Positions 1 to 12,115 of a stretch of DNA of 64,000 nucleotides are shown here, piece after piece. The position numbers were made by a program, and so were the translations under genes. Under the pieces are notes generated by a model. It was not told where the DNA came from. It saw only the letters and a program-made list of their open reading frames with translations, and did no database searches. This stretch comes from Trypanosoma brucei (taxonomy: Eukaryota). The DNA is taken from assembly GCA_000002445.1 (NCBI GenBank), contig CM000208.1:3680001-3744000 (forward strand), written 5' to 3'. The number at the start of each line of letters is the position of its first letter. Within the stretch, counting starts at the first letter, position 1.

Positions 1-90
1 TTCAACGCTTTCGTTAGTGCGTAGGTAGTAGAGGTGAAGGGGAAGGCAATACACATCGAAATACACGTATATTTACAAAGATATTTACAA

Positions 91-92
<2 letters not shown>

Positions 93-128
<36 letters not shown>
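93..128. repeat. (TA)n microsatellite
   Basis: Perfect AT dinucleotide run read directly in the sequence. Confidence 0.9.
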
Positions 129-133
<5 letters not shown>

Positions 134-1080
134 TTTTTACCTTCCCTCTCTCCCTCTTGTCCTTTCTTTCTTTCTTTCTCTTTTGTTCCTGTATAAACAT
201 TGCTATGAATGTTCGTTTTCCCCCTTTCCCAACAGCAGAAACAACAAGGACAAGTGAACGAGATAAATAAATAAATGGTGCCAGTATTGGTGTTCGTGTG
301 TGCGTATAAATGCGGTTGTGCATTCCGCTTCTTTTAGCAGAGAACTTTTTTTTTTTCATTTATCCGAAATCCTCTCGATGGGTTCCGTCATACCACGTTT
401 GGGATTTAGTGCAACCATTCGCCTTCGCGAAGCCTTGCAGTACTGAACTCTTTTCTCTGCTGTTTTTTTTTCTTTTATTAATTTAATCCCCCTCCTCTCC
501 TTCTCTCGATCCTTGCCCGTGTGTGTATGTGTTTATATCTGCCTCTGTTTTTTTTTACTTGTCTGTTTGTTTGTTGGTACTTCCACTTCCGTTTACGAAC
601 CTCAAATCACTTCAATTTCCCTTCTCCCCTTCTTATTGGTTATTATTTATTTATTTATTTTTTCGATTCGCTCTATTTTTTCTGTAGCACTTATTTGCAC
701 ATTGGTGCGTGTAATTATAACTTTGGCGGCTACTACAACACGTGACATTTGCTTGCGTTGCGTATCGCGCGCGGGGGAAACATCAAGTGGATACGACAGC
801 GTAAAAGGAAAGTACGCTAAAAAGGAAGAAGGTTAGTTGAGGATAAAGAGGTAAAGAGAGAGAGAGAGAGAGGGAGAGAGGAAAGGGAGAAGGAAAAAAA
901 AAAACAATAACAACAACAACAACAATAATAATAATAATAATAAAGGGAAGAAACAACTAGTGAAAAGATTGAAAGACAGGGACAACAAAACTAGCGTGTG
1001 AATTCGCCGTGTTGAAGTTATATTTCAGCGGCAAAACCAAAGCGGGAGGAACAACAATAGACAATATTAGGACCTGTTGT

Positions 1081-1146
1081 TTCGCGTTTTCTCTCTTTTT
1101 TTTTTCTTTGGTTTCGTGCTGCCTCGTTTTTTTTTTTTTGCGTACG
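1081..1146 (+). promoter_or_regulatory. Polypyrimidine tract, candidate trans-splicing signal upstream of the 1160 ORF
   Basis: Long T/C-rich run (tttcgcgttttctctcttttttttttc...cctcgttttttttttttt) immediately 5' of an ATG-initiated ORF. Inferred from the kinetoplastid trans-splicing architecture. Confidence 0.4.
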
Positions 1147-1159
1147 GCAAATACGAGCA

Positions 1160-1474
1160 ATGAAACGACTGGCGTCTTTTGGGTTAATTACGCTTGTGGG
1201 ACCGCTGTTGTTTGCGACGATGTGCGCGTCAGCTGCGATGGCCGGTGCGGGTTCTGCAGCGTTTCCTCGTCGATTAAAGTTTGGTGATGTACCGGTGGCT
1301 CCTTCACCAATAGAGCCGATGTCTTCCGAATCCCGACAATATTTAATTGGTATTTTCAGTGCTCTTTTTGTATCGGTAGCTGTCATTCTTGCTGTACGTG
1401 CCCTCATGATGGTGGATTACAGTAATGATACGTTGCTTATGGTGGAAATGCCAGAACCTGTGGCAAACATGTGA
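1160..1474 (+). CDS. Small hypothetical protein with N-terminal signal-peptide-like segment and one C-proximal transmembrane helix
   Basis: ATG start. Hydrophobic N-terminus (FGLITLVGPLLFATMCASAAMA) and a second hydrophobic stretch (IGIFSALFVSVAVILAVRAL). Preceded by a polypyrimidine tract. No recognisable family. Confidence 0.35.
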   Translation: MKRLASFGLITLVGPLLFATMCASAAMAGAGSAAFPRRLKFGDVPVAPSPIEPMSSESRQYLIGIFSALFVSVAVILAVRALMMVDYSNDTLLMVEMPEPVANM

Positions 1475-1993
1475 GAAGGTTGTAGTAGAAGGGGAAGTAA
1501 CGAACTCGGAGCACTTGTTCGTGGCTGGTGTATGGACATTTCTCCGTTCTTTACTTCCTTTTTCTTTTTTTTCTTTTAAAAAAGAAAAGAGGAGAAAAGA
1601 AAAGAAAAGAAATCACCTCTCTTTCTCTTTCTTTCTTTCCCTTTCTTTCCCTTTCTTTCCTCTTTTCTTTTTTTTTTGTTTTTTGCTGTTTCCGCTTCTA
1701 CAGAATTTGAAATGCGAAACTGTTCATTGGATGGAAGTATCCACACGAAGGGAAGGAGGGAGGGAGGAGGAGGGGAGAGAGAGATCTCATGCGGCGGAAG
1801 CATCTGCTACTTTCCGCTACTGCTGTTGGTCGTGGTGTTTTTTTTTTTTCGTTAGTATAAATTTTAACTTGCTTGCTTGCTTGTTTATTTCATCTATCCC
1901 CTTTTGTAAACCGCGATTTGGAGTAGCACCGTTGAGTATCTGTTAAGCAACACGGGAAGCAAAACGATAGGAGAGTGGAACAAAGAAGGGAAA

Positions 1994-3811
1994 ATGACAC
2001 GCATGCGAGTGGACGCTAAGCTGCTCTTGAAAAGCGAAGATGACTTCCGACGCCTGTTGGAGCTGCTGCGGCCATTCCATTTACGCACGTGGAAGTATGA
2101 AGATTTTTACTTTGATACACCTAACTTCCTTTTGATGGCGAAGGACGTGCAGCTTCGGCTTCGTGTGCCTTTTAAGTCTTCCGACGGTAAAGATGAGAAG
2201 TTGGCAGGCGCTCAGGGCTCGAATATGCTTTGCCATGTTTCTCTCACTCTCAAGACTAACAGTTCGGTCGATGTCGGTGGACAAACTGCTGGCATTTTTG
2301 AAATGTTTCCGTTTACACCGAAAGATGTTGATGACATGCTGCAGGAAGATTCATTGGTTAGCGTGTTGAAGAATCGTAGCAGCGATGAACCTGCTAAGAC
2401 GGTTTTGGAATATCTAACAAGGGCTTCTGAGGAATATGGCGAGGAGTTGGTACTGACGCGCTTTGCCAGTTTTGAGACAACTCGAAGGCAATACAAGTTT
2501 GTGCCACATCTTGGCTTTGGTAGCGCACACAGTTCCGACAAAGATGTTGCATCGGAAAAGAATAAATCAGACCCACCACGCCTTTATGTGGATGAAGTAC
2601 CAATGGGTGATTTCAAATCTTATGAAGTAGAAGTGCAAGGTGTTACTGATCCACTCGCAGACGTCTGTCAAGATTTGATGGATTACCTGAACGAGAAAGG
2701 CATAGAATTTACCCACAGCTTATCTGGAAAGCTGAATCGCTTCATGACCCGCACCTTGGAGCTTGAAGAAATGAAGGAAGAATCCCAGTGTGTACGTCTC
2801 CGCATCAAGGGAAACAAGGGTTATGAAGAGGTATGTAGATGGCAAAACGAGGAGAATGAGATCAGTCTCGATCCGATTCCAAAGCGCGGGGCTCCACCTG
2901 TAGATAACGATAAGCCTACCTTTGGAGTGACGCAAATGGCATCTTCCTTGTTAGGGTTGGGACCACTTACTTCACAGGCTTCCCGAATGACACATTCGCA
3001 GAGCGTACGATTAAAGAGAATTCGAGAGGGCAATCATGGTGACGAAGAGTATTTTGAAAACTATTTTTTCGATGATCGCCCCAATGGAACCTTGGCAGCT
3101 AAAAAGTATACACTACGGTTGAGATGTTGCAACCCCCCTACCGCCTTCAGCCTCGAGCTTCGGAAAGAAAAATGGAGCGCTGGTGGTGTGAAGGGCTACG
3201 AGCGGAGACGCGCGTACATATCCGGTGATGTAGCTCGACTTATGCTCCGTGACCCTAATAAATTTTTGAATTCACTATCTTCTCAGAGTAGTCTTGGTCA
3301 TTTGCTACGACGGGACATGGGACTGCAGAAGCTAACCATCGTGGGTTACTGTAAAACGCATCGCATCACATATAATGGTAAGATTATCGAGAGAAGAATG
3401 GTGGAAGACTCCCAGAGAACCCGGGACGGTAACGCGGGAAAGGTGGCGGCACGACCACCCGGTGTGGAATTCACTCTTTTTCATGGACCGTCTAGCGCGG
3501 GATGTAGAGGTGAATTTTCCATCCAGTTAAACCGCATCATGGTTGATACCGGTAGTGATCCTGTGAAAGTCGCAAAAAGGGCATCAGAGGAACGTTGTTG
3601 CTCCATTTTTAACCCCCGTGGCTGCTCTCCCTTCCCGCGGGAACCATCAGAGACGGAATCGTATGAAGTGAAGTTGGCTGGACTTCCTGAAGGTTTGGCT
3701 GCTACAGCAGAGGACTGGCTGGTTTCTCAGCTTCACCAGCGCCAAGTGCAGTGGGAGGTAGTTATGTCTGCTGGCATGGGGCAGTATCATCCTTCCTTGG
3801 CTGCAGCGTAA
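1994..3811 (+). CDS. Tandem CYTH (triphosphate tunnel metalloenzyme / ThTPase-like) domain protein
   Basis: N-terminal segment RVDAKLLL...YEDFYFDTPNFLLMAKDVQLRLR matches the CYTH signature (EVERKF...DTYYDTP..L....LRRR). A second copy sits mid-protein (EEYFENYFFDDRPNGTLAAKKYTLRLR). ATG start, 605 aa. Confidence 0.6.
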   Translation: MTRMRVDAKLLLKSEDDFRRLLELLRPFHLRTWKYEDFYFDTPNFLLMAKDVQLRLRVPFKSSDGKDEKLAGAQGSNMLCHVSLTLKTNSSVDVGGQTAGIFEMFPFTPKDVDDMLQEDSLVSVLKNRSSDEPAKTVLEYLTRASEEYGEELVLTRFASFETTRRQYKFVPHLGFGSAHSSDKDVASEKNKSDPPRLYVDEVPMGDFKSYEVEVQGVTDPLADVCQDLMDYLNEKGIEFTHSLSGKLNRFMTRTLELEEMKEESQCVRLRIKGNKGYEEVCRWQNEENEISLDPIPKRGAPPVDNDKPTFGVTQMASSLLGLGPLTSQASRMTHSQSVRLKRIREGNHGDEEYFENYFFDDRPNGTLAAKKYTLRLRCCNPPTAFSLELRKEKWSAGGVKGYERRRAYISGDVARLMLRDPNKFLNSLSSQSSLGHLLRRDMGLQKLTIVGYCKTHRITYNGKIIERRMVEDSQRTRDGNAGKVAARPPGVEFTLFHGPSSAGCRGEFSIQLNRIMVDTGSDPVKVAKRASEERCCSIFNPRGCSPFPREPSETESYEVKLAGLPEGLAATAEDWLVSQLHQRQVQWEVVMSAGMGQYHPSLAAA

Positions 3812-3905
3812 AACTATCAATAGATTTATTACTATTATATATATTTAAATATATATTACTTTGGAGGGAACGACCTTTCCCCTTTTTGCCCTCCGTTTAC
3901 CGGGG

Positions 3906-4002
3906 ATATATATATATATATATATATATATACGTGTGTGCATAATGGGTTTAGCGCATTCGTTCCGTTCCATCTTCTTTTCCCCTCTTGACGACTAGAT
4001 AA

Positions 4003-4040
<38 letters not shown>

Positions 4041-4127
4041 GTGTGTGCATAATGGGTTTAGCGCATTCGTTCCGTTCCATCTTCTTTTCCCCTCTTGACG
4101 ACTAGATAAGAATATATATATATATAT
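3906..4127. repeat. Two tandem copies of a ~107 bp unit: (TA)n followed by a 73-bp unique segment
   Basis: The 73-bp segment cgtgtgtgcataatgggtttagcgcattcgttccgttccatcttcttttcccctcttgacgactagataagaa occurs identically at 3933-4005 and 4040-4112. Each copy is preceded by a (TA)13-16 run. Confidence 0.9.
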
Positions 4128-5565
4128 CTAACTCTCCGGATTAAGAACTGCTTTGTTGTTGTTGTTATTGTTGTGCAGGTTTATATAAGGGAAAGTGAAT
4201 GAAGGAGTAAGGACCAGCATATTTGACATCTGTAACCATTCGTGTAGCCATTGCGCTATACTCCTTTTTCTATCAACTCCTTGTTGCATCAGTTGCGAGA
4301 ATTCCCATGAAGTGTGTGAGAGAAGGCTGCGGTTTTGTGACGGTAATTTCTCTCTCTCTCTCTCTCCATATATATATATATATATATATATGTTTTATTT
4401 TTTTTTAAATTATCTTCCTCCCATATTCATTCGTGGGATGGTGTTCCTGACCACATCAACAGGGTGGGAAGGAAGGGGGGAAATTCGGAAAGAGGTTTGA
4501 TGTTCCACTTCAAAAACACAGCACACATAAGAGGAAAACAAGAAAAGAAAAAGAGAAGAGAAGCGTCTTTTTTCTTTTCTCATTTATTATTATTTCTTTT
4601 CTTTCCTTTTTAGGGAGGACTCACAACTTGTGGGGCTAAATCACATTATTATTGTGATTGTTGTGACCATGCGTTTGCATGTCGTATGTTTCTCGCACCT
4701 CTTTGTTGGATTTCCCTTCGATTTGTGGTTATTAGGCGGAACCGTCAGAAGGAATGCTGCGGTGCTGGGGAAGTAATTTTTTTTATATAAATGATTAAAT
4801 ATATATATATATATATTTATTTATTTATATGAGTTGAAGTGGCGATGCAACAACGGTTTGAATGAAATTCATTTGGTGGTTAGTTGTTACTTGCTTCTTT
4901 TTAAAAAAAAAACATTAGAAGAAGGAAAGGAAAACAATGTAACATCGGTTGTGAATAGTATGTTTTTGCCACTAACTTAAAATTAAAGCTAAAGGGGGAA
5001 AGACTAGTGGCAGGAAGTTGTGATTTAGAGGTGATGAAATAATTAATAAAAAAAGGGGGGGAAATATTTATTTATTTGCGTGTTTGTGCATGCGCGCGTA
5101 GGGAGAGGGGGGGGACAGCACTGAAGTGATAATGGTGAGGTGGGTGGAGGAGAGGTGGAAAAAAAAAAAGAGAGAAAAAAGGAAAAAAAAGAAACATATT
5201 GGAGAGAGGCGGTAAACTAACGCAACGAGGCCTTCAGGAGGAAGAGGAGGAAAGAAAAAGAAAAAGAAGAAGTTGGGAAATATATATATAGATATAGATA
5301 TATCTTTTTACGGTGGTATTTTCTCACTGCTGCTTTAACCGCTCGTTGCATATTCCTTTATTTTTCTCTCTTTTTCTCTTTATCATTTATCATTTTTTAT
5401 TTTCGCGGATGTTGATGTTGTTGTTTTTGCCACATATTTACCCCGTAGCGGTGTTTTTTTTTTCCCTTCTTCTTCCCTTCACCTTTTTTTGTCATCTACT
5501 TTCCAGTGTGACTAATAAGAGTGAAAAGATGATGAAGATCAGAGTCATTCCATTACATACTTGTG

Positions 5566-5600
5566 TGTTTGTGTGTGTGTGTGTTTCTGTGTGCTTGTAT
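5566..5600. repeat. (GT)n / GT-rich microsatellite
   Basis: tgtgtgtttgtgtgtgtgtgtgtttctgtgtg read directly. Confidence 0.85.
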
Positions 5601-6438
5601 GTATGTTTGTTGTTTTTTTTTTCTTCTTCATCCTCTCTCTCTCTCTCTCGGTTTGTTTTCAGCGTAATTTTGAAACCGGGAAGTGAATGTGTCCAAAACT
5701 GCGTCACGAATTGTGCTTTAGATAAAAATTACACTCTTCTTCTTATTTTATTTTATTTTTTAATTTTTTTTAAATTTTCTCCCTCCCTCCCCACTTAAAC
5801 ATACACACACACACACTCCCTCCCTTATGCAAATACTGCAGCAACTGAAAATGTTATCTTTTGTGGGTTCTTACTAATTATTCGTGCCCTTTTTTTTTCT
5901 TCTATCTATTTATTTTACTCTTCACAACAAAAAATATACGAATAATATATATATATATATAACTTATTATTTGTGAAAGGAAAACTCTCCATCAAGTGAA
6001 AAGAATATTTTTTTTCTTTTCTTTTTTAAGGCACCTCAAAAAAAAAAAAAAGAGAAAAGCCGAAACGCAACTCTATTTATCTCCCTTGTGCAAGAGTTTG
6101 CAAAGAAGTGAAGGAAACGCTTTTAGAAATACCTCATTACGTACCAAAATAATAATATTTATAATAAGAACATCTTTGCACACGTATATCCGTTCATCTG
6201 TGCGTTTGTGTGCTTAGGTTTTGAAAAAAAAAAAAAGAAAAAAGGAAAAAAAAAGGTCGGAAGCAAAGTCTTGGTGTTGGGATTAATACACCACAACGAA
6301 GAGGTTTCCAAAAAAAAAAGAAAAGAAAAGAAAATAAATAAATAAAGCTACCATCAACAATTTTTCTCTTTTTTTTTAAAAAAAAAGAAGGAAAAAAAAG
6401 AGATTAAGTAAAAAGATATATATATATATATATCTTAG

Positions 6439-6867
<429 letters not shown>

Positions 6868-7373
6868 AGGAAAGAAAAGAAAAAAGAAAAAAGAAAGGAA
6901 AGAAAGGAAAGAAAAGAGGAGAAGTAGAGGTTCCGGAAGTATAAGCTTGAAGTTGTTACACATTCTCTTCCTCTTCCTCTTCCTCTTATTATTATTACTG
7001 TTATTATTATTATCATTACCTCTTATTCTTGTTTCGTTTTGTTTTGGTTCTTCTTCTTTCTTTTTTTCTTCTTTTTTGTTTGCCTGGATGTTTACATCAT
7101 GCGCATACACACAAACACGCGTGTGCAGACATATATATTATAGTACATGTACGTACGTTTGTATGCGTGTGTATTTATGTAAATGTGCAGGAGATGATGA
7201 TGTTGATGATGATAGAGAGTGAATGAGTGAATGGAAGGAAATAAATGAGCGTGCGCTTTAACGAAAGGGTTCCCCTCTCAAAAAGAAAAAAAAGGGTAAA
7301 AAAAGTAGGTAAAAATAAAAATAAATAAATAATAATAATATAAATAAAGGGAAGAGGGAAAGAGAAAGAAGTA

Positions 7374-7440
7374 TATTATATTACATTATATTACATTATA
7401 TTATGTTATATTATGGTGAGTGAGTGAGTGAGTGAGTGAG
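7374..7440. repeat. Decamer (TTATATTACA)n repeat followed by (GTGA)n
   Basis: Read directly: attatattacattatattacattatattatgttatattatg then gtgagtgagtgagtgagtgagtgag. Confidence 0.85.
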
Positions 7441-10400
7441 AAACGTGAAGGAACATTTTTTTCCCTTTCGCTGTTTTCGTTTTTCTTTTTTCTCTTTTTT
7501 CCTTTTGAGAAGTACAACAAATATGTGTTTGGTTTGTCGTATGTTTGTTGGGTTTAGTGATCGAGTTTCTGCACGCTTGTTCCTTGCTATTGTTATTACT
7601 TCTTTTTTTTAAAAATAATTAAAAGAAAAAATAAAGCAAAAAAAAAAGAATGCGCAGGAATGTGTATCATTACCACTACAATAAAGAAGGCAAAGAAGGA
7701 AAAAAAAAAACAACACTGCAGTGATGCGAGGAAATGACGTAAAAAAGAAAAAGAAAATGTTTGACGTCACGTAACAGAGAAAATATGTGATGTGTAGAGC
7801 AAGGTGAGAGGTTTTTTTGATTGTTTGTTTTTTCTGCTCTTTAAAAAAAAAAATCATTTTATTTGGTTATATGTTTTCCTTTTTTTTTTTTTACGTTACT
7901 TTTATTACGGTGTGAGCGCCGTTGTTGGACTTTTTTTAAAAAATTCCAAACGGTTTTTCAATAAGGATAAATACAGACTCATTTACATTTTTTTTATGTT
8001 TATTTTTCTATTCAACCACTTTTATTATTATTATATGCTCCTCTTTTTATAATCCTTTTGTTGTTGTTGTTGTTTTTGTTTTCTTTTATCTTGTGACAAA
8101 TTGATCAAAGTAACTGAGGCACTGCAAAAATAAAAAATAAACGGAAAAAAAAATATCACTTGCTCCTCCCATTCGATGATGCAATTAATTGCTGTTACGC
8201 CATCATCAACGCCGCACATTCTGCCGTTATTATTATTATTATTATTACTATTGTTATTATTATTTTTATTACTCATGGTAATATGGTGAGTTTGCTATTT
8301 CTCATCTCGTTTATGTCTTATATAATTATTCATATAATCATTTGTATTTATGCATATTTATATATGTTTGTTTGAATGCTTGTTGGGGGGGGGGGGAGGG
8401 AAAGGAAAGAGTAAAGAGAGAAATATATAAGGCAAAGCAAACAAAAAGAAAATATTATATATTTATTTATATATTTGTTGAGGAGAAAATATGCAGAAAT
8501 AATTAATAACAGTAATGACAATAATGATAATAATAATTAAGATGTTAGGAGAGAAGAGTTTGGTGTTTCTGTTTTGTTTTGTTTTGTTTTGGTTTTTTTT
8601 TACTTTCTTTTGTGCAGCAGCAACACATAAATTTAAATATTGTCGCGGCGGGGAGAGGAGAGGAGAGGGGGGGGGGGAGAAAAGGGATGGAGAGGGGCAA
8701 ATAAGCAAAATGAATTAGTGGAAAGAGTTATATTAATTTCATATTGGTGCCAATTTACACTTTGTGGTGCTCTAAGATTCCTTTTTTTTTTGTTTCTTTT
8801 CCCTTTTCTTTTTTTGGTTATTACTAGTCTTCGTTGTTTTTAGAAATGGGAAATTGAGATCTATATAACAACAATAACAGTAATAATAAAAATAATAATA
8901 ATAACCGCTACTACTATTACTACTATTACTACTACAAAATATATGTATGCATTTTTCTCATTTTTTTTTATAAATTTTTATTCGGTTCAGCGGTGAATTA
9001 GGGGGGAGTAAAGGGAAATGACATAATGGGACTGGGCATACAAATGCACATAATCATCCGTTTGTATTTGTATTTGTGTCGGTCTATAATTTAATGCAGC
9101 CCAAATTATGTTCTTTTTATTACGTTGTTGTTGTTGTTGGTGTCGTCGTCGGTTTCTATTTTTCATTTTATTTTTGACTCTTTTCTATCTATTTATCTGT
9201 CTGTTTATCTGAATCTGTGGATCCTTCATGTTTTTGTGCTTGTCCATAAACAACAACAACAAAAAAAAAAATAGTATATTTATTTATACAAATAAAAAAA
9301 GGCAAGAAAAAAGGAGGTTTAGAACTAATGATGTGAATGAAAGGTATAAATTAACTTTTTGTTTGTTTTTCTACTTCTTCTTTTTTTTTTTTGTTCATGT
9401 TCGAAAAATATTTTATTTGGTTTTGTTGCTGTTTAGAGGACGGTAATTTGGAGGCGGGTATGATATTTGTGTTTTTCTTTTCTTGTGTATGTGTATATAT
9501 ATATATATATATATTATTTGTATTTGTGCGATCTTTTTCTTTTTTCTTTTTTGGTTCTTGTTTCCGCCCCCATTTCCGTTTCTACCACTTATTTTTCTTT
9601 CTTTCTTTCTCCTTTTCTCCTTTTTTCCCTTTCTCTCTTATTATTTTTCTTTTTTTTTTGCTTTTGTTACTTCATATGCCAAGTTTTCTCCCTTTAGTTG
9701 TTGAGAGGAAGGAGAGGGGAGGTAAAAAATAAAAAAAATAAAAAACAAACAAATAAAAAACAAAAAAAAAAACTGCAAAACTGCTACACGCATAGTTGGG
9801 AGCGAGCACAACTGCACCCGGGGGAAGTGGGATGGGGGAGAAAAATTACGTATTGTGTTCGATTTTAACTTTACTTTACTTTACTTTTTTTTTCTTTTAT
9901 TGTTTGTTTATAATCGGGTTTTGAATGCAAATTTTTAGAACATGAAAAGGAGTTTTTTTTTATAAAAAAAATAATCACCACACCATCCTTTCTTTTTTTT
10001 TTTTGTGGCATATATATTTATAAGTTCAAAACACGTCTTATTCCTATTCCCTTTTTTTTTAAAAAAAATAAACACAAAAAAATAATTATTTTTATCCCTA
10101 TCGGCTGTCGGTAACTCATTTGGTAACATTTGTTTGGTGTTATTAACAGCCGGTCCGTGTCGCAGGCATATGAAAGGAGACATTTGCCGTCCCACAGTCA
10201 TGTGCTTTTGTTTTGTTTTTGTTTTGTTTTTTTGTTTTGTCGTTAGTTAATGTTGTATTCTCGTTATTTTTAAAATTCTTGTGCGGGCAATGGGGGAGAC
10301 GTGTGTAACCGCTGAGAGTGAAGAAAAAGATAGAAACTAGGATTTTTTGTTTTTTTTTTTAAAAAAGAAAGGAAATAGAAAAAGAAAAAGAAACTGGGAA

Positions 10401-12115
10401 GATGTGTTTTATTCACATTTGTTGTGTGGTGCTAAAGAAACACCATGAGGGAAACAGGGTAACAGATTTTCTTCCTCTTTTTTTTCCCCCTCATTTTTCA
10501 CTTTTTAAAAATTTTATTACACCTTTTGGTTTAGGATGCATAACACCGTCAGTCTCAGCTGATATATTATTATTATTATTTATTTATTTATTTTCTTTTC
10601 CCTTTTCCTTTTCCTTTTCTTTTTCCCTTTCCTCTCTTCTCCTCTCCCTCTCCCTGTGCACGTGCATATCGTAAATGTATGTTTACGTGTACGTGTATGT
10701 GTATGTGGTTACATTTTCTAAAAAAAAATAGCCCGAAAAAAAAAGGAAAGGGAAAGATAATTAAGGGAGAGGCAAACAAAATAAAAGCAAAAACAAAATA
10801 TAAATGTTGATTTACATGGGAACACATGAAGTGAAGTTTGTTAGGTGTGTTTGAGTAGAAGTGGAATGCCGATGTAGCGGGATGCGAACTGTCGCCTCAG
10901 CAAATCTGAAAAGGAAAAGGAAAAGGAAAAGGAAAAGGGAAAAATAAATATTTTTTTTTACAAAGAAAAGGAAGGGACAAGTAAAGGAATGGATGGGACT
11001 TTGTTTTTGTTTTTTTTTTTGACTTGATTAAAGCCGTCCTGTCACACAATTCCAAGTTCTTAACTTCACTGCCCATTTGTGTAACGGTTACGGCTTGGGT
11101 ATATATATATATATATATTAGAAAATCAGAAGGATGAAGGCGGGGTACGGTGTGAATAGTTTGATTATATATCCACAGCTGCTGTTTTTGCTCTAAGTTA
11201 TTGTTTTAAATAATTTTTATGGCTTATTTTGGTGTTGTTGTTGTTGTTTTTTAAAAAATAAAAACACGTATCTTTATGTACATCTGCATAATGCTCACCT
11301 TAGAGATATTTAGGCCCTTCTCTCACTTCTTCTTTTGTTGTTGTTGTTGATGCCGTTGTTTAAATTCCGTTTATTTTGTTAGTACTCGCTGCTAACAAGA
11401 GGGAGTTGCATAGAGTACGGTGTTTGGATCTTCACGACAAACAAAAAGGCAAAAAAAAAAGGAACACAAACATAAACACAAACGAGAAAATCATTAAACA
11501 AAAACGAGGGAAAAGGGAACCCCATTTTGAGTTATCCACCAGAGTGGGAAAACCGAAACAAGAAAAGAAAGGGGAGGAAAGAAGGGGAAGAGGGGAAAAG
11601 TAGCAATACCGACAAGGCAGCACACAAACAAAATAGATTTTAAAGAAAATCAATAAACAAATAAAGAATAGGTAATATTAACTGAGTAAAGTGAAGTGAG
11701 GAACAGAAATTGGCAAAAAAAAAAAGACACAAAGTGAGAGGGGCTAGTTGAGTTGCGAAATTACCAACGAAATACCTTACACAGGAAGGGGAAGCCTGAA
11801 AATTAAAATTCATTAAGGAACACAAAGGAGGGAGGGAATAGTCATTCGGCACATACATACAATCGCGTGCATTCGCGAACACAGTGATTGTGCCCCGTAT
11901 ATATATATATATATATATTTGTATTTGTACGTACATTGAATACCCTTCGCCACCTTTACACTAGCATCGGGTGATAACGAACGGGAGAGAAAGAGTCGTG
12001 GTGTTAAGGAAACCCACAATCGGGTGTTTACTGTAGTAAACAGGAGCACAGGAAGGCTGCTCTTAGTTTCTTTGTTTTTATATTCGTTTCGTTTTGCGAC
12101 TCTTGACAGTGACGT

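Noticed and set aside
513-836. ORFs translated from microsatellite or low-complexity DNA (513-836, 1425-1946, 5313-5798, 6713-7222, 8463-8708, 9391-9732 and others)
   Set aside because: The proteins are runs of F/L/S/C/Y/I encoded by poly-T, (TC)n or (TA)n tracts. There is no domain signal and no codon-usage coherence, and several overlap each other in different frames.
5522-5600. C-box-like ATGATGA element (aagatgatgaag) that might indicate a C/D snoRNA
   Set aside because: No CTGA D box or terminal stem at a compatible distance; the following sequence is a (GT)n microsatellite.
10100-10160. Imperfect inverted repeat (cggctgtcggtaa ... ttaacagccgg) forming a possible ~50-nt hairpin
   Set aside because: The stem is only ~7 bp with mismatches, the surroundings are poly-A/T, and there is no conserved RNA-family signature. 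It is too weak to call an RNA gene.
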